DNA of 64,000 nucleotides from an uncultured Gemmatimonadales bacterium (lineage in GTDB: Bacteria; Gemmatimonadota; Gemmatimonadetes; Gemmatimonadales; GWC2-71-9): assembly GCA_963771275.1 (NCBI GenBank), contig CAVYSW010000003.1, positions 352,001 through 416,000 of the forward strand, read 5' to 3'. Positions 30,479-40,429 of this stretch are shown here, in pieces. Under the pieces are notes generated by a model. The model saw only the letters and a list, made by a program, of their open reading frames with translations. It searched no databases and was not told the origin of the DNA. A program made the translations under genes and the position numbers. Each line of letters starts with the position of its first letter. Positions within the stretch are counted from its first letter, which is position 1.

Positions 30479-31273
30479 ATGATCTACGTCTGCGTAGCCG
30501 CGCACAACGACGAAGCCACGGTTGGCCTGCTGCTCTGGAAGGTGCGGCAGGTGTTCGCGGCGTTCCCCCGGGAATACCAGCTCCTGGTGGTCGATGACGG
30601 CTCGTCCGACACCACCGGCGAAGTGCTGGATCGCTACCAGCGGGCACTGCCCATGACGATCCTCCGCCACGACGCGGCGCGGGGAACCGCCGCGTCGCTG
30701 GATGCCCTGTTGCGCGAGGCGTTGCGCCGGTCCGATCGCCCGCGGCGGGACGTGGCCCTCATGCTGCCCGCCGACTTCAGCGTCTCGCCCGATGGAATCC
30801 CGGAGCTGCTCCGCCGCATCGATTCGGGCGCCGATCTCGTGGTCGGTGAAGCGCCCGCACGGCCCCTCCCCACGACCGAGCGGCTGGTCCTGCGGCTCGC
30901 GCGCTGGCTCCTCCGTCCGGGAATCCAGGTGCCGGGCGTGCGGGACCTGCTGTCCGGCTGCTTGGCCGTCCGCCTCGTCGCGGTGAGGCAGCAGCTGCGC
31001 GAGCGTGCCGCTCCGCTGCTCGTGTGCGACGGCCTCGCATCGCGGGCCGAGCTCGTGGCGCGCGCCGCAAGCGGCGCCCGCCAGGTGATGGTCGCGGACG
31101 TGCCGTCCCCCGCCGCAGTCCCCGTGGCCCGCCGGCCGGGCGCGCTGCGCCTCGCCATGCAGCTCGCGCGCGCCGGACGCAGGGTGCGGATCCCTCCTCC
31201 GGCGCCACGCGGGCCCGAACCGGCAGCCGTTCCGGCGGGGGCTGGGGCAAGGACTGGGGAGGTGGCGTCGTGA
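30479..31273 (+). CDS. glycosyltransferase family 2
   Basis: VCVAAHNDE, VVDDGSSD, GADLVVG; DxD region reads PAD; TAGGAG RBS. Confidence 0.85.
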   Translation: MIYVCVAAHNDEATVGLLLWKVRQVFAAFPREYQLLVVDDGSSDTTGEVLDRYQRALPMTILRHDAARGTAASLDALLREALRRSDRPRRDVALMLPADFSVSPDGIPELLRRIDSGADLVVGEAPARPLPTTERLVLRLARWLLRPGIQVPGVRDLLSGCLAVRLVAVRQQLRERAAPLLVCDGLASRAELVARAASGARQVMVADVPSPAAVPVARRPGALRLAMQLARAGRRVRIPPPAPRGPEPAAVPAGAGARTGEVAS

Positions 31274-32025
31274 GACGGCGCGCGCTGCTGCTGGCCGCCC
31301 TCGGTGCCGTGCTGCCGGCCCGGTCCGTCCCGGCCCAGGCCGGACCGCCCGACCCGCGCTCGTGGGTCGGCGAGCGCCTGCAATACGACGCCAAGTTCGG
31401 GTTCATCAGTCTGGGCGGCGCCGAGCTCCGGGTTGCGGGCATCGACACGGTGCGCGGCGACTCCGCGCTCCACATCCGGTTCGTCATCCAGGGCGGCAAC
31501 CTGATCTACCGGCTGCACGACGAGTGGGATTCCTGGATCGGCCTCGCGGACCTCACGTCGCGCCGGTTCATCCAGAGCTACGAGGAGGGCAACCGGCGGG
31601 ATCGCAACGCGTACGAGATCTACCCGGACTCCGGCTACTACCGGCAGGAGGGCGTGGACTCGCTGTTTCCGACATCCCCCCAGCCACTCGACGACGCGGC
31701 GTTCTTCTACTTCGTCCGGACGGTCGACCTCTCGCCCGGGCGGCACGAGTTCAACCGCTACTTCAAGCCCGATCGCAACCCGGTCGTGCTCGAGGTCGTC
31801 GGCCGGGATACGGTGGACGTCCCCGCGGGCCGGTTCGACTGCGTGGTGGTCCGCCCGGTGATCAAGGGCGGCGGCATCTTCAAGGAGGGGGCCGAGGGAA
31901 GGCTCTGGATCAGCAACGACGAGCACCACCGCGTGGTGCAGATCAAGAGCAAATTCTTTTTCGGGGCGCTCACGTTCCGGCTCACGCGGATTGCCACCGA
32001 CGGAAGCGCGGACGCGACCCGGTAG
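31270..32025 (+). CDS. DUF3108-like secreted protein
   Basis: Signal peptide; GERLQY and VDVPAGRFDC...LWISND pattern. Confidence 0.8.
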   Translation: MRRRALLLAALGAVLPARSVPAQAGPPDPRSWVGERLQYDAKFGFISLGGAELRVAGIDTVRGDSALHIRFVIQGGNLIYRLHDEWDSWIGLADLTSRRFIQSYEEGNRRDRNAYEIYPDSGYYRQEGVDSLFPTSPQPLDDAAFFYFVRTVDLSPGRHEFNRYFKPDRNPVVLEVVGRDTVDVPAGRFDCVVVRPVIKGGGIFKEGAEGRLWISNDEHHRVVQIKSKFFFGALTFRLTRIATDGSADATR

Positions 32026-32029
32026 CACG

Positions 32030-32054
32030 AGCGGGGCCCCGACGGGGCCCCGCT
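32030..32054. terminator. hairpin between convergent genes
   Basis: AGCGGGGCCCC-GAC-GGGGCCCCGCT perfect 11-bp stem. Confidence 0.65.
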
Positions 32055-32098
32055 TGCGCTCCGGATGTCGAAGGGACCTCTTATCGGTTCCGGGTGCG

Positions 32099-32317
32099 TC
32101 AGGCCGCGGGCGGCTCCTTGCCCTTGATCGCGTCGTGGATCTTCTGGGCCGTGCCCGGACTGACCACCTTGAGAACGAGGTAGAGCACGAAGCCGACCGC
32201 CGCCAGCCACAGCAGGTTTATCAGGAGCGTGACGGCGAACCCCAACAACCCGAATACCACCTTGATCGCGAAGAAGCCGATGATCGCGATGATCGCATAT
32301 CCCAGAATCGTACGCAT
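32099..32317 (-). CDS. small membrane protein
   Basis: MRTILGYAIIAIIGFFAIKVVFG..., 72 aa; GGAGG RBS. Confidence 0.8.
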   Translation of the reverse strand: MRTILGYAIIAIIGFFAIKVVFGLLGFAVTLLINLLWLAAVGFVLYLVLKVVSPGTAQKIHDAIKGKEPPAA

Positions 32318-32407
32318 GACGTTCCTCCCCGGGCGGCGCGCGGCCGACGCTTTCTGCAAGACGATACGAACGTACGGGCCGGCGGGTTTCACCACAAGGC
32401 AGATGCC

Positions 32408-33526
32408 ATGACGGTGCCGGACGCGCTGGTGGTGGGCGGTGGGATCGTGGGAGCCGCCGTGGCGCGCGCGCTCGCCGCGGGCGGCGCGGCTGTCGAGATC
32501 CTCGACAGCGGCTCCGAGGCCGGCATCGCCACGCAAGCGTCGGCCGGCATGCTCGCGCCCCTCATCGAGTCGGCTCCGGACGACCCGCTGCTCGGCATCG
32601 GGATGCGCGGCCGCGATCTCTACCGCGAGCTCGCGCCCGCGCTCGCCGAAGAAACGGGCGTGCAGATCGGCCTCCTGACCGACGGCGTGCTGCACGTCGC
32701 CTTCACCGAGCAGGAGGAAAGCCGGGCGCGCAGCGCCGCCGCCTGGCAGCGCCAGCAGGGGCTCAACACCGAGTGGCTCACACCCGGCGAGCTCAAGGCG
32801 CGCTGCCCCGGCATCAGCCCGGATGCGCGCGGCGCGCTGCTCGCGCGGGAGGACGGCGCGCTCGAGCCGCTGGCGACGCTCGAAGCGCTGCTCGTGAGCG
32901 CGACACGGCGCGGCGTCCGGATCACCCGCGGCACCCGCGTGCTCGGCGTCGAGATCGAGGCCGGACGCGTACGAGGGGTGCGCACGGCCGCGGGTGCACG
33001 CCCGGCCGGCGCCGTGGTGATCGCGGCCGGCGCGTGGTCCGGACGGCTGGAAGGCCTCCCGCGGCCGCTCTCGGTCGAGCCGATCCGCGGCCAGATCCTC
33101 ACCTACGACTGGCCCGCGCACGAGCCGCCGGCGATCGTGTTCGCGTGCCGCGGCTACGTGCTGCGCCGTGGCGCCGAAGCGCTGGCCGGATCCACCATGG
33201 AGTACGCCGGCTTCGACGCCACGCCGACCGCGGCCGGCCGGGACCACGTCGCCCAGATTGCCGCGCGCCTGTACCCCGCGCTCGCCCAGGCTCCGGTTCG
33301 CCGCAGCTGGGCCGGGCTGCGTCCCGGCACCCCGGACGGCCGTCCGATCGTCGGCAACGACCCCGACGTGCCCAACCTCTGGTATGCCACCGGCCACGGC
33401 AGGAACGGCATCCTGCTCGCCGCCGTGACCGGTGAGATCATCGCCCACCTGTTCCGCGGCGAGCCGGCGGACCACCTCGAATTCGACCTCGGCCCCATGC
33501 GGCCGGGGCGCTTCTGGCAGGTGTAG
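32408..33526 (+). CDS. thiO: FAD-dependent glycine oxidase / D-amino acid oxidase family
   Basis: GGGIVG Rossmann motif, ASAGML, PIRGQ, WAGLRP, GHGRNGILLA. Confidence 0.85.
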   Translation: MTVPDALVVGGGIVGAAVARALAAGGAAVEILDSGSEAGIATQASAGMLAPLIESAPDDPLLGIGMRGRDLYRELAPALAEETGVQIGLLTDGVLHVAFTEQEESRARSAAAWQRQQGLNTEWLTPGELKARCPGISPDARGALLAREDGALEPLATLEALLVSATRRGVRITRGTRVLGVEIEAGRVRGVRTAAGARPAGAVVIAAGAWSGRLEGLPRPLSVEPIRGQILTYDWPAHEPPAIVFACRGYVLRRGAEALAGSTMEYAGFDATPTAAGRDHVAQIAARLYPALAQAPVRRSWAGLRPGTPDGRPIVGNDPDVPNLWYATGHGRNGILLAAVTGEIIAHLFRGEPADHLEFDLGPMRPGRFWQV

Positions 33527-33600
33527 CGTTCAACCACACGGTTGAAACAGCTCCCGGCGCGCTGGCTCCCCCCGCCGGGGCCGACTATGTTTCGCTGCCT

Positions 33601-34506
33601 ATGGAGCTCGTCCCCCTCACCACCCGTCACCCTCCCGCCTCCGCCGAGCGCAAGCCGGCCTGGCTCAAGGTCCGGGCACCCGGCGGGCCGACCTACGTCG
33701 AGGTGCGACGCCTCATCCGGCAGCTCGCGCTGCACACGGTATGCGAGGAAGCGCACTGCCCCAACATCGGCGAGTGCTGGGAGCACCGCGCGGCGACGTT
33801 CATCATCCTGGGCGATGTGTGCACCCGCAACTGCGCCTATTGCGCGATCGCTCACGGCACGCCCGCGCCGTACGATGCCGCGGAGCCGGCCCGGCTCGCC
33901 GATGCCGTCGCCCATATGGGGCTCGAGCATGTCGTCATCACCAGCGTGGACCGCGACGACCTGCCAAACGGTGGCGCCGAGGCGTTCGCCGCGTGCGTGC
34001 ACGAGATCCGGCGGCGCCGGCCGGGCACGTCGGTCGAGCTGCTGATCCCCGACTTCAAGGGATCCGACGATGCGCTGCGGATCGTGGTGGACGCTCGGCC
34101 CGACATCCTCAACCACAATCTCGAGACCGTCGAACGGCTCTACCGCATCGCGCGCCCGGGCGGGCGCTACCCGCGGGCGCTCCGCCTGCTGCGCCGCGCG
34201 AAGGAGATGGCCCCCGACCGACTCACCAAGTCCGGCCTCATCTGCGGGCTCGGCGAGGAGTGGGATGAGCTGCTCGTGGCGATGCGCGATCTCCGCGAGC
34301 AGGGCGTCGACATTCTCACGCTGGGCCAGTACCTCCGTCCCTCGGCGAGCCATCTGCCCGTCGCCCGCTTCTACACGCCGGCCGAATTCGCCGAGCTGCG
34401 CCGCGTCGGCCTCGGCCTCGGCTACCGCCACGTCGAGAGCGGGCCGCTCGTCCGCTCGTCCTACCACGCCTGGGAGCAGGTGCGGAGCGCGGAGGCCGCG
34501 CGTTGA
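33601..34506 (+). CDS. lipA: lipoyl synthase
   Basis: RKPAWLK, CEEAHCPNIGEC, CTRNCAYC, RSSYHA. Confidence 0.97.
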   Translation: MELVPLTTRHPPASAERKPAWLKVRAPGGPTYVEVRRLIRQLALHTVCEEAHCPNIGECWEHRAATFIILGDVCTRNCAYCAIAHGTPAPYDAAEPARLADAVAHMGLEHVVITSVDRDDLPNGGAEAFAACVHEIRRRRPGTSVELLIPDFKGSDDALRIVVDARPDILNHNLETVERLYRIARPGGRYPRALRLLRRAKEMAPDRLTKSGLICGLGEEWDELLVAMRDLREQGVDILTLGQYLRPSASHLPVARFYTPAEFAELRRVGLGLGYRHVESGPLVRSSYHAWEQVRSAEAAR

Positions 34507-35483
34507 GCGCGCTCGACCCGGCGCGACGGGACTTCTACCACGAGCTGTTGCGCCGCATGATCCTGCTGCGCCGCTTCGAGGAGCGGGCGGGTGAGGCCTA
34601 CGCACAGGGGAAGATCGGCGGCTTCTGCCACCTGTACATCGGCCAGGAAGCGGTGGCGACGGGCGCCATCACCGCCCTCCGCCCGGACGACTACCTGTTC
34701 GCCGCGTACCGCGAGCACGCGCACGCGCTCGTCCGTGGCACGCCGGCCCGCGCCGTGATGGCCGAGCTGTTCGGCAAGGCGACGGGGTGCTCGCGCGGCA
34801 AGGGCGGCTCGATGCACCTGTTCGACGCCTCGCGGGGCTTCCTCGGCGGGCACGCCATCGTCGGCTCGCACATCCCGATCGCGGCCGGTGCCGCCTTCGC
34901 CGTCAAGTACCGCGGCACCGATCAGGTCGCCGTCTGCTTCTTCGGCGAGGCCGCGGTCAACATCGGCGCCTTTCACGAGACGCTCAACATGGCGGCGCTC
35001 TGGGAGCTGCCGGCGATCTTCGTGTGCGAGAACAACCGCTATGGCATGGGCACCGCGCTCGAGCGCGCCGCGGCAGTGTACGACGTCGCGCACCGCGCGT
35101 GCTCGTACGACATGGCCTCCGAGACCGCCGACGGCATGGACGTCCTCGCCGTGCTCGACGCCATGACCCGGGCCGTCGAGCGCGCGCGCACACACAAGCT
35201 CCCCACGCTGATCGAGGCGCGCACCTACCGCTACATGGGGCACTCGATGGCCGACCCGATCCACGGGCACTACCGCACCAAGGAAGAGCTCGAGGAGCAG
35301 AAGGGCCGCGACCCCATCGCCGCGCTGCAGCACCGCCTCGAGGAAGCCGATCTCCTTCCCGAGGCCGCGCTCGCCGCGCTGCGCCAGGGCGTCGAGGGCG
35401 AGGTGGACGACGCGGTCCGCTTCGCCGAGGAGAGCCCGGAGCCCCCCCTGGCCGAGCTCCACACCGACGTCTGCCAAGGCTGA
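34503..35483 (+). CDS. pdhA: pyruvate dehydrogenase E1 alpha
   Basis: GFCHLYIGQEA, YREH, GKGGSMH, YRYMGHSMAD; TTG start overlapping the lipA stop. Confidence 0.94.
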   Translation: MSALDPARRDFYHELLRRMILLRRFEERAGEAYAQGKIGGFCHLYIGQEAVATGAITALRPDDYLFAAYREHAHALVRGTPARAVMAELFGKATGCSRGKGGSMHLFDASRGFLGGHAIVGSHIPIAAGAAFAVKYRGTDQVAVCFFGEAAVNIGAFHETLNMAALWELPAIFVCENNRYGMGTALERAAAVYDVAHRACSYDMASETADGMDVLAVLDAMTRAVERARTHKLPTLIEARTYRYMGHSMADPIHGHYRTKEELEEQKGRDPIAALQHRLEEADLLPEAALAALRQGVEGEVDDAVRFAEESPEPPLAELHTDVCQG

Positions 35484-35484
35484 C

Positions 35485-36471
35485 ATGCCCGTCATCACGT
35501 ACCGTGATGCGCTGAACCAGGCGCTGCGTGAGGAGATGCAGCGCGACCCCAACGTGTTCCTCATGGGCGAGGAGGTCGGCGTCTATCAGGGTGCGTACAA
35601 GGTGAGCCGGGGCCTGCTCGACGAGTTCGGTCCGCGGCGCGTCGTGGACACGCCGATCGCGGAGCTGAGCTTCGCCGGGATCGGAGTCGGTGCCGCAATG
35701 GTGGGGATGCGACCGGTCATCGAGTTCATGACGTGGAACTTCGCCCTGCTCGCGATCGACCAGGTCGTCAACTCCGCCGCCAAGCTGCACTACATGTCGG
35801 GGGGCCAGGTCGCCGTGCCGATCGTGTTCCGCGGCCCCGGCGGCCCGGCTCTCCAGCTCGGCGCGCAGCACTCACAGGCGTTCGAGTCCTGGTTCGCCCA
35901 CATCCCCGGCCTCAAGGTGGTGGCACCCGCGACGCCGCACGATGCGAAGGGGCTCCTCAAGTCGGCGATCCGCGACGACAACCCGGTCGTGTTCCTCGAA
36001 GGGGAGATGCTCTACAACGCCAAAGGCGAAGTCCCCGACGGCGAGTACACGATCCCGCTCGGCGTGGCCGACGTGAAGCACGCCGGCACGGACGTCACCA
36101 TCGTCTGCCATTCCAAGACCGTGGCGGTCGCGCTCCGCGCCGCCGACCAACTGCAGCGCGACCTCGGGATCGCCGCGGAGGTCGTGGACCTCCGCACCAT
36201 CCGGCCGCTCGACGTCGCGACGCTCGCCGCCAGCGTCGCGAAGACCAATCGCTGCGTGGTGGTCGAGGAGGGCTGGCCGTTCTGCGGCATCGGGGCGCAG
36301 GTGGTCGACGAGCTGCAGCGCGCCGCGTTCGACGACCTCGACGCGCCGATCGAGCGCGTCACCCAGGCCGACGTGCCCATGCCGTACAACAAGCACCTCG
36401 AGAAGGCGGCAAAGCCCGACCCCGCCCAGGTCGTGAGCGCGGTCAGGCGCGTCACGTACCGCGACCGCTGA
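35485..36471 (+). CDS. pdhB: pyruvate dehydrogenase E1 beta
   Basis: GEEVGVYQGAYKV, DTPIAE, EFMTWNF, AQHSQ. Confidence 0.95.
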   Translation: MPVITYRDALNQALREEMQRDPNVFLMGEEVGVYQGAYKVSRGLLDEFGPRRVVDTPIAELSFAGIGVGAAMVGMRPVIEFMTWNFALLAIDQVVNSAAKLHYMSGGQVAVPIVFRGPGGPALQLGAQHSQAFESWFAHIPGLKVVAPATPHDAKGLLKSAIRDDNPVVFLEGEMLYNAKGEVPDGEYTIPLGVADVKHAGTDVTIVCHSKTVAVALRAADQLQRDLGIAAEVVDLRTIRPLDVATLAASVAKTNRCVVVEEGWPFCGIGAQVVDELQRAAFDDLDAPIERVTQADVPMPYNKHLEKAAKPDPAQVVSAVRRVTYRDR

Positions 36472-36485
36472 TCCCGGAACGAGCG

Positions 36486-37775
36486 ATGATCACCAGGGTC
36501 CACATGGAAGCCTTGTCGCCGACGATGGAAGAGGGCCGGATCGCGTCCTGGCTCAAGCATGAGGGCGACGCGGTGAAGGTGGGCGACGTGCTGGCCGAGG
36601 TCGAGACCGACAAGGCCATCATGGAGCTGCAGGCCCGGGGCGACGGCGTGCTGCGGAAGATCCTGGTGGGGCCCGGCGCCACGGCGCCGGTCGGGAGCCT
36701 CGTCGCGGTGATAGCGGACGCGGGGGATGATATCGCGAGCCTCGTCGCCGGCGCCCCTGCCGTCCCTGGCGCTCCTGCCGCCTCTGCCGCTTCTCCCGCT
36801 CCTGCCGCTTCTGCCCCCCCGGATCAGAGGGGGAGAGGGGCAGAGGTGGAGACCGGCGCTCGTCCCTTCCCCTCCACGCCCCTGCCCCCGGGTGAGGTCG
36901 CGGCGGGGCGGATCAAGGCCTCACCGCTCGCGCGCCGGCTCGCGCGGGAAAAGGGCGTCGCGCTCGCGGCCCTCACCGGCTCCGGCCCGGCCGGCCGCAT
37001 CGTCAAGCGCGACGTGGAGTCTGTGGCGTCGACGGCAGCCTCTGCCGCCCCTGCCGCTCCTGCCCCCTCGGCCCCCGGTGCCGCGGGCGAGGGGAGCGGG
37101 TGGCATGACGTCGTCCCCAGCCAGCTCCGCAAGACCATCGCGCGCCGGCTCACCCAGTCGCTGGGACCCGTGCCGCACTTCTACCTCACCGTCGAGATCG
37201 ACATGGAGCGCGCGGCGGAAGCGCGCGACGCCCTCAACGCGCTCGGCGACGTCCGGATCTCGTTCAACGACATCGTCGCCAAGATCGCGGCCATGGCGCT
37301 GCGACAGCACCCGGCGTGCAACGCCTGGTGGCAGGACGGCGCGATCCGCTACTTCGACGCGGTGCATCTCTCGATGGCGGTGGCGATCGACGACGGCCTG
37401 ATCACGCCTGTGATCCGCGACGCGCACCGCAAGTCGCTCCGCGAGATCGCGACCGAGAGCCGCGACCTCGCCGACCGGGCCCGCGCCCGCCGGCTGCAGC
37501 CGGAGGAGTACACCGGCGGCACGTTCTCGATCTCCAACCTCGGCATGTTCGGCATCGACGAGTTCACGGCGGTGATCAACCCGCCGGAGGCGGCGATCCT
37601 CGCCGTGGGGGCGGTGGCCGAGAAGCCCGTCGCGCTGGCCGGCACGGTCACGGTCCGCAAGCGGATGCGGATCACCCTGAGCTGTGACCACCGCGTCATC
37701 GACGGCGCCACCGGAGCCCGGTTCCTCCAGACCGTCACGCGCATGCTCGAGAACCCGCTCGCCATCGTTTGGTAG
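36486..37775 (+). CDS. pdhC: dihydrolipoamide acetyltransferase E2
   Basis: LSPTMEEG, ETDKA lipoyl Lys, ASPLARR...GSGPAGRI E3-binding domain, DHRVIDG. Confidence 0.95.
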   Translation: MITRVHMEALSPTMEEGRIASWLKHEGDAVKVGDVLAEVETDKAIMELQARGDGVLRKILVGPGATAPVGSLVAVIADAGDDIASLVAGAPAVPGAPAASAASPAPAASAPPDQRGRGAEVETGARPFPSTPLPPGEVAAGRIKASPLARRLAREKGVALAALTGSGPAGRIVKRDVESVASTAASAAPAAPAPSAPGAAGEGSGWHDVVPSQLRKTIARRLTQSLGPVPHFYLTVEIDMERAAEARDALNALGDVRISFNDIVAKIAAMALRQHPACNAWWQDGAIRYFDAVHLSMAVAIDDGLITPVIRDAHRKSLREIATESRDLADRARARRLQPEEYTGGTFSISNLGMFGIDEFTAVINPPEAAILAVGAVAEKPVALAGTVTVRKRMRITLSCDHRVIDGATGARFLQTVTRMLENPLAIVW

Positions 37776-37805
37776 CTCACGTCTTTCGTCAGGACGGGTA
37801 CGGCC

Positions 37806-39200
37806 GTGTCCAAGACCTTCGATGTCATCATCCTCGGCGGCGGGCCCGCGGGCTACGTCTGCGCGATCCGCTGCGCCCAGCTCGGCCTCGCCACGGCCGT
37901 CGTGGAGCGCGAGAAGCTGGGCGGCGTCTGCGTCAACATCGGCTGCATCCCCAGCAAGGCCCTGCTCCATGCCGCCTCCGTCGCCCGGCTCGTGCAGCAC
38001 GACGCCGCGGCGCTCGGGGTCGGCGTCGGCGACGTGACCCTGGACTTCGGCGTGGCGATGCAGCGCTCCCGCCAGGTGGCGGATCAGAACTCCAAGGGCG
38101 TCGACTTCCTGATGAAGAAGTTCAAGGTGACGGTGCTTCGCGGCACCGGTGTGCTGCAGCCCGGCCGCCAGGTCAAGGTCGGCGACGACGTCTACACCGC
38201 CGCCAAGGCCCTGGTGATCGCGACCGGCAGCCGCGTCAAGGGTCTCGCCCAGGTCGGCCTCGCGCTCAACAAGACGTCGGTGATCTCGACCGACGAAGCG
38301 TTGCTGCTCGAGCAGGCGCCGCCGCGTCTCGCCATCGTCGGCGCGGGCGCCGTGGGCATGGAGTTCGCCGACATCTTCAACGCGTTCGGCTCCGCGATCA
38401 CGCTGATCGAGGTGCTGCCCCGCGTCCTCCCGCTCGAGGACGCGGACGCGTCCGCCGCGCTGGCGCGCGTCTACAAGAAGCGCGGGATCACGGTGCTGGC
38501 CGGCGCCGCGGTGAGAGGCGCCCGCGTCGAGCCGGCCAAGGTCACGCTCGACGTCGAGGCCGGCGGCAAGACGCAGGCGATCGAGGTCGAGCGCGTGCTC
38601 GTCGCCGTCGGCCGCGCGGTGAACGTCGAGGGGATCGGCCTCGACCAGGCCGGCGTGCAGCTCTCCGACCGTGGGTTCATCGAGGTGGACGCCCAGCTCC
38701 GCACGACGGCCGCCGGCGTCTACGCCATCGGCGACGTGGCCGGCCCGCCCATGCTCGCGCACAAGGGGAGTCGCGAGGGCGTGGTCGTGGCCGAGCTGAT
38801 CGCGGGCCACACGCCGCACCCGATCCGCTACGACAACGTCCCGTCGGTCACGTACTGCCACCCCGAGGTCGCGAGCATCGGCCTCACCGAGGAGCAGTGC
38901 AAGGAGCGCAAGCTCGACTATCAGGTCGGCAAGTTCCCGCTCACCGCCAACGGACGCGCCCGCGCCGCCGGCGAGACCGACGGGTTCGTGAAGATCATCC
39001 GCGACAAGCGGTACGGCGAGATCCTCGGCGCCCACATCGTCGCCTCGCACGCCAGCGAGATGATCCACGAGCTGGTCGTGGCCCGCGAGAACGAGTGCAC
39101 CGTCGAAGAGATCGATCTCGCGATTCACGCGCACCCCACGCTGTCGGAGGCGATCGCGGAAGCGGCGCTCGACTCGATGGGGCGGATGATGCATGCGTGA
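37806..39200 (+). CDS. lpdA: dihydrolipoyl dehydrogenase E3
   Basis: GGGPAGY, GGVCVNIGCIPSK, HAHPTLSE. Confidence 0.97.
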   Translation: MSKTFDVIILGGGPAGYVCAIRCAQLGLATAVVEREKLGGVCVNIGCIPSKALLHAASVARLVQHDAAALGVGVGDVTLDFGVAMQRSRQVADQNSKGVDFLMKKFKVTVLRGTGVLQPGRQVKVGDDVYTAAKALVIATGSRVKGLAQVGLALNKTSVISTDEALLLEQAPPRLAIVGAGAVGMEFADIFNAFGSAITLIEVLPRVLPLEDADASAALARVYKKRGITVLAGAAVRGARVEPAKVTLDVEAGGKTQAIEVERVLVAVGRAVNVEGIGLDQAGVQLSDRGFIEVDAQLRTTAAGVYAIGDVAGPPMLAHKGSREGVVVAELIAGHTPHPIRYDNVPSVTYCHPEVASIGLTEEQCKERKLDYQVGKFPLTANGRARAAGETDGFVKIIRDKRYGEILGAHIVASHASEMIHELVVARENECTVEEIDLAIHAHPTLSEAIAEAALDSMGRMMHA

Positions 39201-39579
39201 CGCCGCCCCGCCCGACCGCATCGGCGTCGCGCTCGGCGCCCTCGCCGCCGGCGCGGCCGCCGGCGGGGCCGTCATCCTGGCCGGGCTCGCCATGTTCCGC
39301 CCGGCGCTGGCGGCCAGCCGGGACGGCCTCCCGCTCGTCCTGTTCGCCGGCATCGTCGCCGCCGCGACGCTCGGCTGGTCGCTCAGTCGCGCGATCCCCG
39401 ACGCCTGGCGGCGCGGGGTCACCGCCGCCCTCGCCGCGGTCGCCGCCCTGATGCTCGCCGGCCTCGCCGCCCCCGCCGACATGATCGCCGGCCGGGCCGG
39501 GCTGGTCGGCTACGCGGCCGTGCTGGCGGTGCTCGCCGTCCTGGCGGTGCGCTACAACCGCCGCCAGACCGGATCGTGA
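39193..39579 (+). CDS. membrane protein (about 4 TM)
   Basis: Hydrophobic ORF overlapping both lpdA and lipB. Confidence 0.7.
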   Translation: MRDAAPPDRIGVALGALAAGAAAGGAVILAGLAMFRPALAASRDGLPLVLFAGIVAAATLGWSLSRAIPDAWRRGVTAALAAVAALMLAGLAAPADMIAGRAGLVGYAAVLAVLAVLAVRYNRRQTGS

Positions 39580-40274
39580 GCGCGGAGCTCGGCATCGCGA
39601 CGCTCGGTCGCATGCCGTACCGCGAGGCGCTCGCGCTGCAGCGCGACCTGGCCCGGCGCCGCATCACGGGCGAGATCCCCCATGACCTGCTGCTCCTGGT
39701 CGAGCACCCGCCGGTCATCACGCTCGGGCGCGGCTTCCGGCCCGAGCATCTGCCGACCCCGCGGGAGCGCCTCGCCGCAAGGGGTGTCGAGCTGTTCGAG
39801 GTCGAGCGGGGCGGCGATGTCACGTTCCACGGTCCGGGTCAGCTGGTGGGCTACCCGATCTACCGCCTGGACGAGCACCGTCAGGACCTCCACTGGTTCC
39901 TGAGACGAATCGAGGACGCCGTGATCGCGGCGCTCGCCGCCCTCGGCGTCCCCGGCGAGCGCCGCGCGGGTGCCACGGGCGTGTGGACGGCGGGTCGCAA
40001 GATCGCGAGCATCGGGATTCACGTGCGGCAGTGGGTCACGTGGCACGGCTTCGCGCTCAACGTGACGACCGACTTGTCCTACTTCGATCTCATGGTGCCG
40101 TGCGGGATCCCCGACGTCGTGATGACGAGCGTCGCCCGCGAGCTGGCGGAACGCGCTCCCCGCGACCTGTGGAGCCGGGCGGTCGAGCAGGTGATCGTGG
40201 GCTTCGCGGAGACGTTCGGCCAGGCACCCGAGCTCGAGGACGTGGGACTGCTCACCGGGCCCCGATTGCTCTAG
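39576..40274 (+). CDS. lipB: lipoyl(octanoyl) transferase
   Basis: EHPPVITLG, RGGDVTFHGPGQLVGYP, KIASIG, HGFALN, VPCG. Confidence 0.97.
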   Translation: MSAELGIATLGRMPYREALALQRDLARRRITGEIPHDLLLLVEHPPVITLGRGFRPEHLPTPRERLAARGVELFEVERGGDVTFHGPGQLVGYPIYRLDEHRQDLHWFLRRIEDAVIAALAALGVPGERRAGATGVWTAGRKIASIGIHVRQWVTWHGFALNVTTDLSYFDLMVPCGIPDVVMTSVARELAERAPRDLWSRAVEQVIVGFAETFGQAPELEDVGLLTGPRLL

Positions 40275-40429
40275 GCACGTTCGGCCCCAGTCGCACGCGA
40301 GTCGCACGCGGGGATCCCGGAGGACGCGTAAGTGAGCGGTGCCAGACCCTCCAGCCCACCGGACTCGCGAACTTCAGCGGACGGAGGGATCCCCGCGCGA
40401 CTGGGGCAGAGACACCGGTTCCCTTACGC

